The position numbers and the translations under genes are program-made. Source: Selaginella moellendorffii (Eukaryota; Plantae; Lycopodiophyta). From it: 64,000 nucleotides of DNA. How positions within the stretch are numbered: the stretch's first letter is position 1; every line of letters begins with the position of its first letter. Positions 1-13,300 of the stretch are shown here, in pieces. The notes below the pieces were generated by a model. The model searched no databases. It had not been told where the DNA came from and worked only from the letters and a program-made list of their open reading frames with translations. Where the stretch lies: contig NW_003314261.1 of assembly GCF_000143415.4 (NCBI RefSeq), positions 6,298,822-6,362,821 of the forward strand, given 5' to 3'.

Positions 1-268
1 AGTACGAGTGAGAATGGCTCCTCGCTCATATTCTGTATGAGTACCAAAAGCATATGATCTTCACAGGAGAACTCTTGACTTGGAGTATCATCCGGATACA
101 TAGACTGCCAGTAGGCAGGGTGGGATTAGAAACGCAAAGAGAACAAACGATTGACATTCTCCAGATCGAGGTTGGGGTTACACACAAGATCGCGTGAGTG
201 GAGTTATACAATCCTCTTCAAATTGTTAGCTATAATCTCCAGGACACAGAGATTGCTGACAGTGATTT

Positions 269-402
269 TGTCCGGTGTGCCCCCAGCGGTCCTTGAAAAT
301 CTGGAGGAGCGAGTGTTGAGCTTGCCTGGTCGTACTCATAACTGCATCAGGTCTCCAAGGTGAGCAGCCTTTAGTCGATGGAACAATGTAGGTAAGGGAA
401 GT
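269..402 (+). rRNA. Degenerate fragment of nuclear LSU (25S/26S) rRNA gene; not a functional gene
   Basis: TGTCCGGTG...CCTTGAAAAT...GGTCGTACTCATAACTGCATCAGGTCTCCAAGGTGAGCAGCCT...GTCGATGGAACAATGTAGGTAAGGGAAGT closely follows conserved plant 26S rRNA, with scattered transitions; similarity stops abruptly on both sides. Confidence 0.9.
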
Positions 403-1929
403 TACAGCATGTATTAAAAGACAAATACTCTCTTCAATATGGTCAAAATTCAGCATACACTGGTAGTTAAGCCCAATCGATAACAATATTCCCATGGTGA
501 GAAAATTACTATATGAAACATGATATGATTGGGCAAGAAACCCCAGAGCAATGGCTCTTGCTGCCAATTAGACCAGGTCTTCAGCCTAAACAACCATGGA
601 ATAACACATGGGCTATAAAAGTTATGGAGAAAAGTTGCATGATTTAAAATTTGCACACCATAAACAATAAGAAAGGAAAGATCAATCCATGGCATGGCCT
701 CATCTCCTCTCTTGAGATTTTGGAAGCTCACTCGCTTGCTCTCCCGCCCTAAATCGATTCCAAGCTGCTCTCGCTTGCCCTTGTACAGCCACTGGTCAAG
801 GTCATTCTCACTGTGGTGAAACATGGCCAGCTAATGCACATTTATGGACTTTAGCATTACGTATCCCTTGCCATATAAGAGCTATTGCTAAGAACCAATA
901 TCAAATAAAACCAATACATATACATTGTCATATGAGAGCCATGCATTTTGCATACATATAAATATTTGAGGGATATTTTTAATACTCTATATTTAAAAAT
1001 ATTCTTAATCCAATCTATTGGAACATTTCTTGGCCTAGAATGAAGTTAGATAGTTGAGAACTATGTACATAGTTGTTTGACTTGCCAAGCAGTTGCATTG
1101 GCATCATTTGTGATCTTTGGCCTCTCCTTCTCTGTTTATAAACCCTTTCTTTTTATATTTGAATTCTAATGTTGTCTTTCAAATGGTTATTTATATTATA
1201 TTTTTTAATCCATTATGACCTTTTGCTAAATTTGTTCTACAAAACCCTAAAATTTTAAATAAAATTATTGGTTGTTTAAAAAAAAAGAGAAAAGATTGTT
1301 GGCAAATGTAAACCCCTGAAGTTGAGGCTCCTCAAAAGACATCTAGCCCAATACTACTTAGCACTAAAGAGCACCATTAAAATTTGCCACTTGGCCCACA
1401 CAATGGCTCCCTAAGAGGCAAAGACAGATACCAAAAGTGGATCAATGACTTTTGTTGTTGGCCAAGCTAGCATCCATGTAATATCAATAATATAACTCTA
1501 TTGGAATAACAAGTGCTATAATCAATTACTTCAAAGGTATCTCACTATATGCTTAGCAACTCACCAATGTGTGGTGGTTGGTGGCATGTTAAATTGACTC
1601 AAAGTAATAGTTGCATACACAATATCAGAGTGAATTGAGAGAGCCAAATTTATGAGGCAGTCATAAGGAGTTTTAGTTGGTAAAGGAGTGCTTAATTAAG
1701 ATTGATGGCACCAACAACTATTAGGGTCTTGCAATTTCATATATGAAATTAGACAATCACCTTCTGTCACTGTTGAGCATGAAGCTCTTAGCCTTGGGAT
1801 TGTATGTGACTATGAAAATAGGACATTTGATTAAACTCCTTCATCTAGAGCTATTAATAATTGATAATGACAAGAAACCTGAATCCCAAATTGAAATACG
1901 TCTTTCTAGCAAAAACATGAAAACCTATT

Positions 1930-2035
1930 GGGAATTACACATTATTCCTCTTTACATTGCTGATTTCCTCATCATGGGTGATGATCTAGATGTTATTATA
2001 GGTTTAAAAATTGCTTTTATAATCATCTTACTCCC
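1930..2035 (+). pseudogene. Possible Ty1/copia reverse-transcriptase remnant
   Basis: Translation HIIPLYIADFLIMGDDLDVIIGLK resembles the copia RT core LYVDDLLITGDD..I..LK; no recognisable flanking context. Confidence 0.35.
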
Positions 2036-2772
2036 ATCCTGAAACTTAAAAGTAAGAATCTTGGAAGAATTATGAAGAGCATCTATATGTATATTGGCAT
2101 TGGGCAATTCAGTTTTTGACGTAGAGGTAGGTGTTAGTTGTGCATATTTAAATTAAGATAGTGTGGTTGTTACAACATTAGGGAAATATTCAATAGGAGG
2201 GCATTGATCAATTGTGGGTGGCTAGAGGAGTTTAAGTATACTCATTTTCATGATTAATTCTCACTTTTATAATTTTTTATTTGGATGCCAAGATTTGTGT
2301 TTGAGGTAGAGCTCGTGGCTATAATGGATTTTCCATTTTTTTTCTTGAGATAGGAGGTTGAGCACTTGACATGTTTTTTAAGGTATGTAAATTCTTTCTA
2401 CTTGAATGGGTCTAAAGTGTATTTGAGATTGCTTATGAGACATGAGAGGGTAATTTGACAATCAATTCTCACCAATACATTATAAAAAGCTAGAACATGG
2501 AGATTATGTTAGCTACAAAGAATATCCATGATTTAGTTGATGATAGGTAACTTGAGGAATATATAAACTCATCATGCAAAGGCTCCTTCCCAATGTAAAT
2601 AAGAGGAAGTCATTATAAACTTGCAAAAATGTCACGAATGTAATTGTGGGTATTAAAAGTGAGTCTTTTCATTCTTACTGCCATGATAGCAAGATATTGG
2701 TATTGTTGGACCCTTTATCAATCTTTGCCTAAACTAATTGAGAAATTGATCATCATGCATATACTTATGCTA

Positions 2773-4437
2773 GAGGGGATGGTCCAAAGTTGAGTTGAGC
2801 TCAATTCAACACAAGTCAACTCAAGTCAACACAGTCAACAAGAAGTATTACAAAGGAAATCTAAATTGAACAAATGAATAAGATTGAATTGTTTAGAAAA
2901 GATAAAGTTCATGAGAACCTATCTTTTATAAAGCTATATTATTTTATTATGACTACTATTACAGCTGTCATATTTTGATTTGACTACTTAATATTTTGAA
3001 TACTTTTATAATTGTAAATACTATTCCTTCATTCAAAAGATTTTCTAAGGTTCTTGAGAAGATGGGAAGCAAGGAAAATACAAGATCTGTGAGTAAGAGT
3101 TGTAGTGCAAAGGAATGTTAGAATGCTAATTTTGTTTCACTACTACAATCTCCATATTATGCTCATAGTCCTTATTACTTATTTGGGAATGTGGAGATCA
3201 CTATCATAATTGATAAAAATGTTCTTGTTACTTCTGAAACAACAATCTAGAGCAAGAGAAATGAAGAAATGAATAGCATGGTAAAAAGCACCAAGAAATC
3301 TACTCCATAAAACTTTCTATGACATTTGTAATTTACATATTAATTCATATTAAAAACTCTGTTGCCTACCTATATTGCAATCCTCTCATATGGTAAAACC
3401 AAGGTATATTTTTGTAGTGAATCCTCATTAAAAGTTTTGGGAGTTGTTTGTAAATAATAATAAAAGAAATTGAAATCTTTTGAAAGACTCAAAAGTAATA
3501 TCACATCAAAGAATCAAATTTATCTACATTTCCAAGACTGAAAGGCAATTTCACATGAGAGAATGGTAGCGTGCCAACGTGCTCTACCACTATAATGTGG
3601 TTTATATTTTCTTGCAGTCTATTTCCCTAGACATTTGGCATGTGTAGAAAAGAATATATGTGTAGCAAAGTAGGATTTCATCATAATGATAGAGCATGTG
3701 TATACATGATAATCTAAAATTTTAGAAGCTCTTATGTTTATAAACAAGCTTTGATTATGAAGCCCCATTTCGAAGACTGATATTTAAAGAATCTGAGTAT
3801 TGTCAGTGTCATAATAAATAAACCTCATTCCTGAGACTAAAACTTAATATATAAACTATCTAGAAAAGTTATAGTCATCATAGTTTTTTTGTTCTCCTTG
3901 AGCTTCTTAGAAGTTTGTATTGAAATGGCTCAAAAGAAACTCATTGCTACTTGTACTTGGCCCCCCAACATTTCATATCAATCTCCACCTCCATCCCTAA
4001 GTTCTACCAACATTCCACCTTCATCTCCACATAATAATCCTTTTCTACTGAGGGCTCTAGTGAAGCTAAACTAGAGCTCCTTATATATAAAATTCCGAAT
4101 CTTGCTATTAGAGAGGGATTGCCTCTAGTGCTTCAAGAACAATGCCACATGTTTTTGCAAGATCTTGCTCCTGACATGGCGGGATTACTTGAAAGCACAG
4201 AACACTATTACATTCGGTGTCCAATATATTATTTTTCCTTGGACCAAATGGCTCTATGGGTTTACAAACTTTTCTTGAGCACTGTAGGAATTGCCCAATA
4301 GCAGGTATAGAAAATATGCACGTATGGATGTACAATAGATTCAAGAATGAGTTACGGACATATACGCTTCATGGTGAGGAACAACATCCCCTTGGGAAAC
4401 ACTGCATTGGCTAGTGCAAAATATAGGGTTTTTAGGC
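2773..4437 (+). repeat. Left arm of a ~1.7-kb diverged inverted repeat (partner 20258-21979)
   Basis: Block-by-block reverse-complement matches, e.g. 2773 GAGGGGATGGTCCAAAGTTGAGTTGAGCTCAATTC vs end at 21979; ATATCACATCAAAGAATCAAATTTATCTACATTTCCAAG near 3498 vs 21161-21199; CATTGGCTAGTG near 4405 vs ~20279-20290. Confidence 0.9.
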
Positions 4438-4662
4438 CACCCTATAATGGAATGTAAGATCTAGAATTACTTTACTATACTATAGTATTGTCACTATTAA
4501 AAGAAAAAATATAATAAAATGATATTAGTTGTAGGTAACATACTTTGTTCTAGAAGGTACTATCATATCACATACAATTGTTTACAAAATGTTGAAGGAG
4601 GAGATGGCAACACATAAGTGCTATAAAGTGATGGTGACGTGAAAATAATTTGCAATTATGAT

Positions 4663-4745
4663 ATCTGACATTGACACTGACATCTGACACTTTTACTAAC
4701 ATCTGACACTTTTACTGACATCTGACACTTTCATTGACATCTGAT
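4663..4745 (+). repeat. Short tandem repeat, ~20-bp unit (CTGACATCTGACACTTTTA), 3-4 copies
   Basis: Directly visible just downstream of the cargo-gene stop codon. Confidence 0.8.
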
Positions 4746-4780
4746 ATATAACAAGTTTTTCATTTTATGTAAGGATGCAA

Positions 4781-7700
4781 TTAACTTTCTTCTGCCTCAT
4801 CATCAACATAATGATTTCTTTTATGCTTCCTCCTATATTGGTATTGTGGGGAAGATTCACCTTGCATATGTTGAGCCATGGCTTTTGCATAGTCAGGGAG
4901 ACTTCCAAAGCCTCCAATTCTAGAAACTCTAGGTGATTGTGATCTATAAAATAGAATTAAATATATATTGAAATTTTAATAAATATAATTTACCTCCTTG
5001 AGGTAGGAGGCAATTCATGAAATCCTTTGAGCCGGTGTTTGAAGAAATGATGTTCTTCAATAGCAAACATTGACCTACCAGAGTCACGTGTTGCCTCCAC
5101 CATAGAACCACTACCTACTGTGCAATCAATCACAACACCATCTGGTGGGCAATAGAGCTCAAGCAAAACTTGCATTGCCAATGGAGTTCGAAATCAGTAC
5201 TCTGGAAACGTGTTGCAAATTTGCTCATCCACAAGGTTGGGTATGATGTTAGTGGAACTGTCGTACCCAAGCAAAACATATGCTACACATTCGCTATCAC
5301 GAAACCCATAATGTGTGTTTCTGCAGAAGGCATGATAGGTCCACATCATAACCTGGAAAATAAAAATACTTAGAAATTAGATAAAAATATAAAATACATA
5401 CTCACCTTTTAGGCTTCTCGTGGATGCCCCTCGTATCGACACTAATAAGATCCATGATGCACCTGGAAGAGAATGACTTGAAATGAACTTCTGCTACGCA
5501 TGTCATAAGATCATACATTCAATTGGGGTCGTTCGGCAGGATGAAGACGACATGGCCAACTTCGAGCATAAGTGCTTCGGACAATAGGAATGCATCGCGT
5601 ATGTGGTTAGGTGTGAGAAAGTTCCAATCCTCAACTTTCCCATTGATATTTAAAAGATCATTTGGAAAGTCAAAGAGAATGAAGTTTGCAACTGGGAGCA
5701 AGGGCTTTTGTATCTTTTGGCACCAACGGTTGAATTGGCACCATATATCCATGTTGATGTCGTCTTCTATGAAAGATGTCAACAATCTACTGTAAGAGCC
5801 AATGAAGATACTCACAATGCCTCGTTGTGTTATTAGGGATACAGGACAAACCTATAAAAGAGTTAAGTGAATGAAAAAAACAATAAATAATATGCTACTG
5901 TCATATGGCGTGTTGTCAATGAGAGTTCCTCCAACTCCTCTTCACGAGCATCTCGTTGAGCTGGAATGAAATTACTACCAACAGTCATTGCTGCAAAAAA
6001 TATGTATTACCACCTTTAGTTTGTAAAATTCACTTTGGCTTACCTCGAAGTTGATGTGATATTTTGTGAACCACTTGATCATCATTATTTACTGATAGAA
6101 CCTGATCTGGATCTTGGTTATTTGATGGTTGAATTAGAGCCTGATCCTGTCTAGTGGTGGAACATAAACTTAATCTAGAGCTTCCTCATCCTCGTCTCCA
6201 TCATCACTTGCATTGCCATTGTTGCTAACATTAACAACTTCCTTGTGATCTAGTGTAGAGGTCTCCTTCCCTAGGAGCTCCAACTCCCAAGGGCATTCTA
6301 TTTTCTGTGCCTTCAGAACTCTTGCAAACATTGTTGGTTACATTATTCCATCCCTTACACCCTTTGCAACAAGTTGAGTGCAAATTGGTGCCTCAAATGG
6401 CATGCCTCTATATTGAAGATACCTGTAAACACTATATATTTAAAAAAAGTCTTAGAAATCATATTATACTTGTAAACTGCACATCACATGAAATAAGGTT
6501 GATCATGTTAGCAATCATAAGTTGTTGTGCTTGTAGATTTCTCTGGTAGCCACCCCTCTTCGATCCCTTCTAATGACGTGTAGATGTAGGTATCAAAAGA
6601 CATGAATGTGCCATCTAGATTGTCACTAATATGCGATGCCAAAACCTTCTCACCTTCACTTATAGTTTGTGTGATGTAGACAACCCTTCTCATCATGTTC
6701 TCAAATAGTTCTGGCAGTCCTTTCTCTTTGTTCATTAAGGAGAAATTGAGGAACTCCAAAGTCTCTATCTGTTGCTTATATGGAAGCTTCGATTTTGCAA
6801 TATTATAAATCATGTCATTTGGAGTTTTGTTCACTGCAAAAATAATATATGTATAATTGAGAAAAATGAAGTGTGATAAAAAACTTATATTCATGAGAAG
6901 AAATTTCGACTATAGTCTCTAACCACTCCTTCAGCCTATGATTATCTACAATGCATATTAGTTTCTTCAACTTTGAAGACTTTGCATGCTGAATTTTGTG
7001 CTCAATTTGTACGAACTCAGTTGAGAGCTCTTCCTGATTCTTCTCTGGATATGCAAGTTCATAAGCATCTTGCTTGACCTTCATCAAAGGCTAAAAACCA
7101 AAACAATAAAAAGAGTGCCTTATAAAATAAAAGGGAAAGACATACCTTACACCATATAGCGAGCATAAAATTGATTGGGTTGTTGAACCAAGTTGTACCA
7201 TCATTTTGAGTGCATGAGTGTCGAACAAATATTGCAAGATCATCACCATGATGTTGGCAAATGTCATCCTCACTCAAGTCTACCAAAAATCGAAGTTGCT
7301 CGATGTCATGGACAAGGTTTTGCTTTTGAATAGTGAATTGTCCAAGCCTATATTTAAACACGACAAAACAAGTTAAAGTGGAATTATAGGTAAAACTATA
7401 AAACTTACACATTGATCTTTTAGTAGGCCAAGATAAGTCTGTTGACATCCAAAGGTCCCCTCGCATAGACATGGCCGACTGGAACATTGATATAGTAGAC
7501 GGGATCATCACGAAAATGATCATCAATACAGTTCATCTAAATTCCATATCGGTGGTTACTATCAATAATTTGGAACATTGTCCCCGCAAGCTGTTGAGTC
7601 TCAAGATGTTTGATAAGTATGTTATCAAATTCTAGGGACTTCCTCCTTCAAATAGGATCCTAGCTATTCACAATCTCAGGTGTGAAGGTAATGATCTCCA

Positions 7701-8400
7701 TTTTTCCTGGCTTGCAAAAAGAGACTAGAAACATACTAGTATTTGTTGCAAGGCCATTCTGTTTGAACAAGCTGTATATATCCGAGTTGACATACATGGA
7801 TGCTGTGCAGACAAGGTTCGTCTACTGCAAACGGCAAAGGGGGATTTCTCTGATCAAGTCATAAGGGCTTGGCCACTTGAGTGTCTCAAGTGTTTGGTGA
7901 ACTGCTTTTTCCCTTATCCGCATAACAGTCTCTTAGAAGCGCTTGTCCACCACGTGTTAGGAAGGTCTACAACTCTTTCAGCTCCAAGCTATTCTTTAGA
8001 TTCCCTATCGTGAACACCACTAGATTGCCCAACTTTAGGGATTTGCGCTGGTGGTGGGCCAGTGAGGAGTAAAGGTGGAGGTGGTAGTGGTGATGGGGGT
8101 GGTGGTGGTGGCAGTGGCAGCGGGGGTGGAGGCAATAGTGGCAGTGGTGGTGGCAATGGTGGCGGTGGCGGTGGCGATGGCGGTGGTGGAGGTGGTGATG
8201 GTGGTGGTGGAGGTGGCAATGGCGGTGGTGGAGGTGGTGATGGCGGAGGTGATGGTGGTGGAGGCGGTGGATCTCTAAGTAAATGTGTCTTTTGTTGATG
8301 TGCCAATAGACATGTCGATCGTGATGTCGTCGTCAGTGTTGAATTGAACTTTTTGTGTCTTCTTAACTCCAACAACCTTTTTATGTATTACAATTTTCCT
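4781..8400 (-). pseudogene. MULE cargo gene, multi-exon and disrupted: Pro-rich tract + ParB/Srx-like domain + linker + beta-class N6A/N4C DNA-methyltransferase-like domain
   Basis: Manual translation 7850->7410 gives IPLCRL...F.Q.G...F.VS...MFQIIDSNHRY (ParB-type DGxHR variant). 5815->4990 gives IFIGSY..LL, FILFDFPN (motif IV position), LMLEVGHVVFI, then RTPLAMQVLLELYCPPDGVVIDCTVGSGS...SGRSMFAIE (motif X/I after motif IV = beta order). Short GT-AG introns; ends YVDDEAEES-stop at 4781; several TAG/TGA stops. Confidence 0.75.
8071..8270 (+). repeat. (GGT/GGC)n trinucleotide tract, poly-Pro on the cargo-gene strand
   Basis: Directly visible; lies upstream of the ParB-like region in the same exon. 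Confidence 0.9.
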
Positions 8401-8534
8401 TTTCTACAAGAGAAAAAATTTTGTTAGTCAAATTAAATAAAGATAATAAGAAATTCAAACAATCAAAGAGAGAAAAAAAAAATTAAGTGGGCCTAGACTC
8501 CACCTTGGGCACTTTGGTTGCCTAGGGGGCTGAG

Positions 8535-9174
8535 TGTAAGCAACCAAAGGGAACGACTCGAGAGACAATTCATGGGGTTCAAATATAGAGGGAAAGGGCC
8601 CATGAACAAGAGTGCACCCCCTTTTCCAATTAGTTAAAGGTCTTGGGATAGTTGGAGTTAAGCATCCTTGGGTTTGAATAGTACTGGGCTGGGTGACCTC
8701 CTAGGAAGTCTAAACTCAAGTCGCTTACATTTGGTATCAGAGCGGTCTCAAGTTCGACTCTGTTAGTTGGCTAAGGGAATCACACTATATGTTAATTGAC
8801 ATCTAGCTGGTCTAGTTTGCTCCCGCTGGGCTCGACCCGAGGGGTAGGGTGTCAAGAGAGCGGGGCTCTCGGGAGAGCTGTGGCTCTCAGCTTCCCCTCG
8901 GGTGTCAAGAGAGCGGGGCTCTTGGGAGAGCTACGGCTCTCAGCTTCCGTTCACGAGGGCGTGAACTTGCAAAGAAGCGTGGTGGATTGTAAACAACCAA
9001 AGGGAATGACTCGAGAGACGATCCATGGGGTTCAAATATAAAGGGAAAGGGCCCATGAACAAGAGTGCACCCTCTTTTCCAATTGGTCTTGGGATAGTTG
9101 GAGTTAAGCATCCTTGGGTTTGAATAGTACTGGGCTAGGTGACCTCCCGGAAAGTCCAAATTTAGGAGCTTACA
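8535..9174 (+). mobile_element. Cassandra-type TRIM retrotransposon with 5S rRNA-derived LTR segments
   Basis: LTRs 8535-8729 and 8988-9174 (TG...CA); 5-bp TSD CTGAG (8530-8534, 9175-9179); PBS TGGTATCAGAGC at 8732; purine-rich tract before the 3' LTR; both LTRs contain 5S-like sequence. Confidence 0.93.
8656..8710 (+). promoter_or_regulatory. 5S rRNA-like Pol III internal promoter (A box to C box) in the Cassandra 5' LTR; second copy at 9102-9157
   Basis: AGTTAAGCATCCTTGGGTTTGAATAGTACTGGGCTGGGTGACCTCCTAGGAAGTC vs plant 5S AGTTAAGCGTGCTTGGGCGAGAGTAGTACTAGGATGGGTGACCTCCTGGGAAGTC. Confidence 0.9.
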
Positions 9175-10344
9175 CTGAGGTTATTTAAATAACCTGTGCC
9201 CCCTAGGCAGCCAAAGTGCCTGAGGTGTCAGCCCGAGCCAGACAGCAATCAAGAAAGAAGAAAGAAGAAAAAAATGGAAGTGGAAGCAATTAAATCGACA
9301 CTCACCCTTGGTGGCATCTTTCCTTCCCAATTTCTTGATCGTGCTGGATTTCTTGTGTGCTCAATCTTTCCCACTCATGCGCTCAATCTCTCCCGCTCAC
9401 GCACTCAATCTCTCCCCCTCACATGCTCAATCTCTTGATCTCTTGCATGCTCAATCCCTCGATCTCCTTCGCGCTCAATCCCTCGATCTCTTGCATGCTT
9501 CACTCTTAGTGCGAACAGTAACCTAATCTTGGCGGCTACCCTAACCCTAATCCTGATGGCTGCCCTAACCCTAACTAATCTCTCATCCAGGCTGTTCATT
9601 CTGAATAACCTAAATCTCAACCACCACAATATCTTCAATCTTATTTTATCTTATCATTATTATTATATGTAAATTATGCTTCTTTATTTTGTATATTTTA
9701 ATGATGATATAACTAGCACCTATCAACATTTCTGTTATTAGAGATATGATATTATATTTTACAAATTATCTAGAAAGGATGCATTCTCATCAATATTTTG
9801 TACATATTTTGGAATCATTACAAGAACTTTAAAGAGTATAAATAGGGTACATTAAAATATGTTGTACTATATCCATCTATGAATGGATGAATCCTCATCC
9901 AGAAATTTATTTTGTGTTGTATTAGATCCTAATCAATAGGCATGTGCTTTAAATGTCATTATGCAGTGTTCACAATTATGGATAAAAGTTGAGTTATACT
10001 ACGAATCAAATCTGTCATTGAAGAATAAGATTTGACAAGATTTATTATCATCTACCACTTAAAATTTGACAACTTGACATATCACACGTGTTGACAGTTA
10101 GATTGGATCTTTTGGTTTGACACGCTATAGTAGTATGTCATTATTGGTATCATTATTAACTATCAAACTTCACGTGCTGAAAATCCTTCCTTAGATCTAT
10201 GTGTATACATGCATCAGACATCATAATAGATGACAGTAATATTAATACTGTCACACTTGCACATGTTAAATTTGCTATAGAATTTAAATTCATTTTGTAC
10301 GTTGTCTTCTTATTGCTCTATTTAAATTTCAATTATGTTTCACC

Positions 10345-13300
10345 ATGGATTTTTACAAGTAGCATAAAGAGAGAGAACTCCAAAACCTATTGAGAAGGAT
10401 AGAGAGGTTTCTTCTTCATTTTTGAGATCACCCACCTTTTTTATTTTCTCAGAGTATTGTTTCTGAAAGTTTTTTATGTTGGCGTTTTGATCTTCATCTT
10501 GGCTCTATTTTTTTAGAGGCTGTGATTCACAACGACACCAGTATGTTTGCATACTTGGAGTTTCTTCTTTCTGGTGTGGGTGAGGGTGGACAACAATAGG
10601 ATTTACAGAGTTCCAAGTCGAAGGAGATTCGAGTTTTTGGATCTTTAGTCAAAATGCCAAAATGTGCTCCAGCTAAAGTGAATGTGAAGCAAGAGTCAGT
10701 CATTATCCTCTTGTCCTCTTCTAGTTCAAGTGGAGAAGTCATGCTAGTGTCAATGCCAAATTCACCAGCTCCAACTTCAGCAATATTCAAAGCCATTAGC
10801 AATGCTTTGCAGTTTTCGCACCTCTCAATTGACGTGCACTTGGTTTTGTATAAGTTTGTGAACAAGCTTCCATCCTCCTACAATGGCAACATTTTCTTTG
10901 AGCTACCACCTTTTGTCATCAGCACAGGTTCCAAATGGAAGGGGATGGAAACGAAGCAGGATGTTCACAATTGGTGCAAGATCAAGACCACACATTTCCA
11001 ACATTTTGAAGGCACAATGGCTATAGTTCATTGTGGTAGACATTTAGATTATGTGGATGAAGCATGCAATTGAAACCACTGTAGAAATTCTATATTTTTC
11101 GAAGGGTCTGCAATTAATCCTCTAGCCTGTGACACCATTGCTGTTGGATTCAAGTGTCGATTCTACAAAAAATGCTCCTCTATGTCATGTTATTTGTGAG
11201 GCCAAGATGTACTACTTTCTTCCACGGGATGGAGTGGCTAGAAGAGCTTTAATGCATGTTGGCATACGCATCCAATGCAAGAAGGGATACAAAGGAGTTC
11301 TCTCAACCATTTCAAAGATGCTATGCAAGAAAAGACTATGAGAAACTCATTTGCAACTCTGAAGCATGTTCAAAAGACCGTCCTCAATGATTTTATTGCA
11401 AACACCTTACTCAATCTAAGTTGCCAAAAGACTCAACTAAACAAGGCAAGCTTGCGAGACTTACTATAAGGAGTACAACCTATGACTAGCCTAAGGAGGT
11501 ACATCCATTATATTTCATACGTTATAATAATATCTTTTTCTTACATTATATTGTTTAGGATAAAATCTTGGATATGTGAATCTCGAGAGGGGAAGTTGCA
11601 ATCAAAAATTGACTCCATCCTTGAATTGAAACGGACCTATCCATACAAGTTCATCCACAGAAGTTTGTTTCCAGACTAAGTTGTGAATGAGCAAGAGCGC
11701 CCCTTCATCTTCAAAATATCTATTATAGGCCCTGCCTTTAGTGTAGATTTTGTCTTCCGAATGGACATGTTTGGGTCTAGTGACCTTGCAAATGCATGAG
11801 TACATTTTGACTATATGGAGCGCATATCGGGTTGGACGACTATGGGAGCTCAAGTGTATGATCCAAGGTAATTTTTATTCTCATTATATTGAAATTGTTG
11901 TAATATTTATGTTTTCACAGGCTACGTTATAACTTGACAATTGCGACAATAGAGTTTAAAGTACAAAACCAAACAGCCCAGGAAATATTTTGGAAGTCCC
12001 TCTCCGATATTGTCGTAAAGCAGACTGGTAAGTCTGCAAACTTTCACGGTTTCATAACAGATGGGGTTGGTGCAAACTGGAATGGTGTCCGAGCAGTTTT
12101 TGGGTATGGTCAGCCATTGGAAGGTCATAAGAGGACTTGTGAGTTCTATTGGGCTCAAATCCTAAACCAGCACTGCCACCTTATCAAGCCAGAGTTTCAA
12201 TCAATATTTAAGGAGTTGTGCAAACAATGGCAAGTTGCACCTTCTGAAGAAGAGCATGAGGCAAAAGCAAATGAGATTCGAATGTGGTGGCGTGAAAGTT
12301 GGCCATACAAACATAAGTTGCTTACCACAACTTGAGTCATGGTTAGGGTGGTGGGAAGTTAGGATGTTCTAGTGGGGATATCACTCTTTTTAGGTTGGTT
12401 TCTATTTTTTCTTCTCATTTTATTACTTCTTAATATTGCTTTTTCCATTAGGATCAACCACTTGAGGACCTCGCATACACCCCAACTGTGAATTTCTTCA
12501 AAAGTAAGCACTAGAGTTGGTGTTCCTCTGAGGCAGGGGAAGGGAAGATGAGTCTATATGAAGTCTGTCTATCAGATTTGATACGTGCTATAGAGCAATC
12601 TTCAAAGGCACTAGCATTTGGGGAAGGAAGATATGTGGGAACAGGGCCTTCTGTTGAGATGTTACATGATAGGATAAAGAGAAAATTAACTTCACCCGCC
12701 CGAACAGTGGCAACTACAGTTGAGGAAGTGGTCCATGGCACATATATGGAGTACACTCCCCAAGCTTCTATTGGTGATATAAAGATTGTCTGCTCAAAGC
12801 GTCGTTTTTCCTTTGCTGGGGAAGATGTTGGTATGGATCTTGGAGCGAAAAGCTCTCACAGGCCTGATGTCGAGCACTATTCTGCTCCAAGACACTGCTC
12901 TCGGACCGAGCCCCTCAAGTGGTTGATGAAGAGAGTTCATCGCAACAGGTTGAAATTGCTTACTATAGTGTGGAGCCGAAGCAATGGGCAATCCGACGCG
13001 TGCCAGCAAAATCGAATGTAAGGTGTGTGGGAATGCTTTCGAGGGGCAAGTGTTGGGCCTGGATTCATGGTGACAAATCTGTTTTTGTTCAAGCCCCATG
13101 TTTCTATGGGGAACGAAAGCAAGCAGGATTTTCAAGATGGTGCTACGAAGCGGCTTGAAGACACTATAGTGACTAAACCTAATGCAATACCTAAAGAATG
13201 GCTGGTTGCTAATGGGGTCGCGCTAACCTCAAATGAGATTGAAAACCTTGAGAAATCTAGTTTCAATCTTGAGAGGAGAGTTGGAGACATGAGTGACAGA

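Larger units (their letters stand above)
8501..9227. repeat. ~82-bp imperfect palindrome centred on GGTTATTTAAATAACC, split by the Cassandra insertion
   Basis: Left arm CACCTTGGGCACTTTGGTTGCCTAGGGGGCTGAG|GTTATTT vs right arm AAATAACCTGTGCCCCCTAGGCAGCCAAAGTGCCTGAGGTG. Confidence 0.85.

Noticed and set aside
269-402. rDNA unit or R2 retrotransposon junction
   Set aside because: Only 134 bp, mutated, and does not include the R2 target sequence TTAAGGTAGC
450-824. 124-aa ORF as a host gene
   Set aside because: No recognisable motif, composition shifts mid-ORF, no supporting exons
2773-4437. Simple 1.7-kb TIR pair of a single MULE
   Set aside because: Internal blocks are also duplicated collinearly, the arms are clearly diverged, and subterminal-type repeats occur at ~14.7 kb; two inverted copies fit better, though a composite element remains possible
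8062-8298. Glycine-rich protein on the + strand
   Set aside because: Antisense reading of the poly-Pro tract of the minus-strand cargo gene
8656-8710. Functional 5S rRNA gene
   Set aside because: Only the internal promoter half is present, duplicated within LTRs: the Cassandra signature
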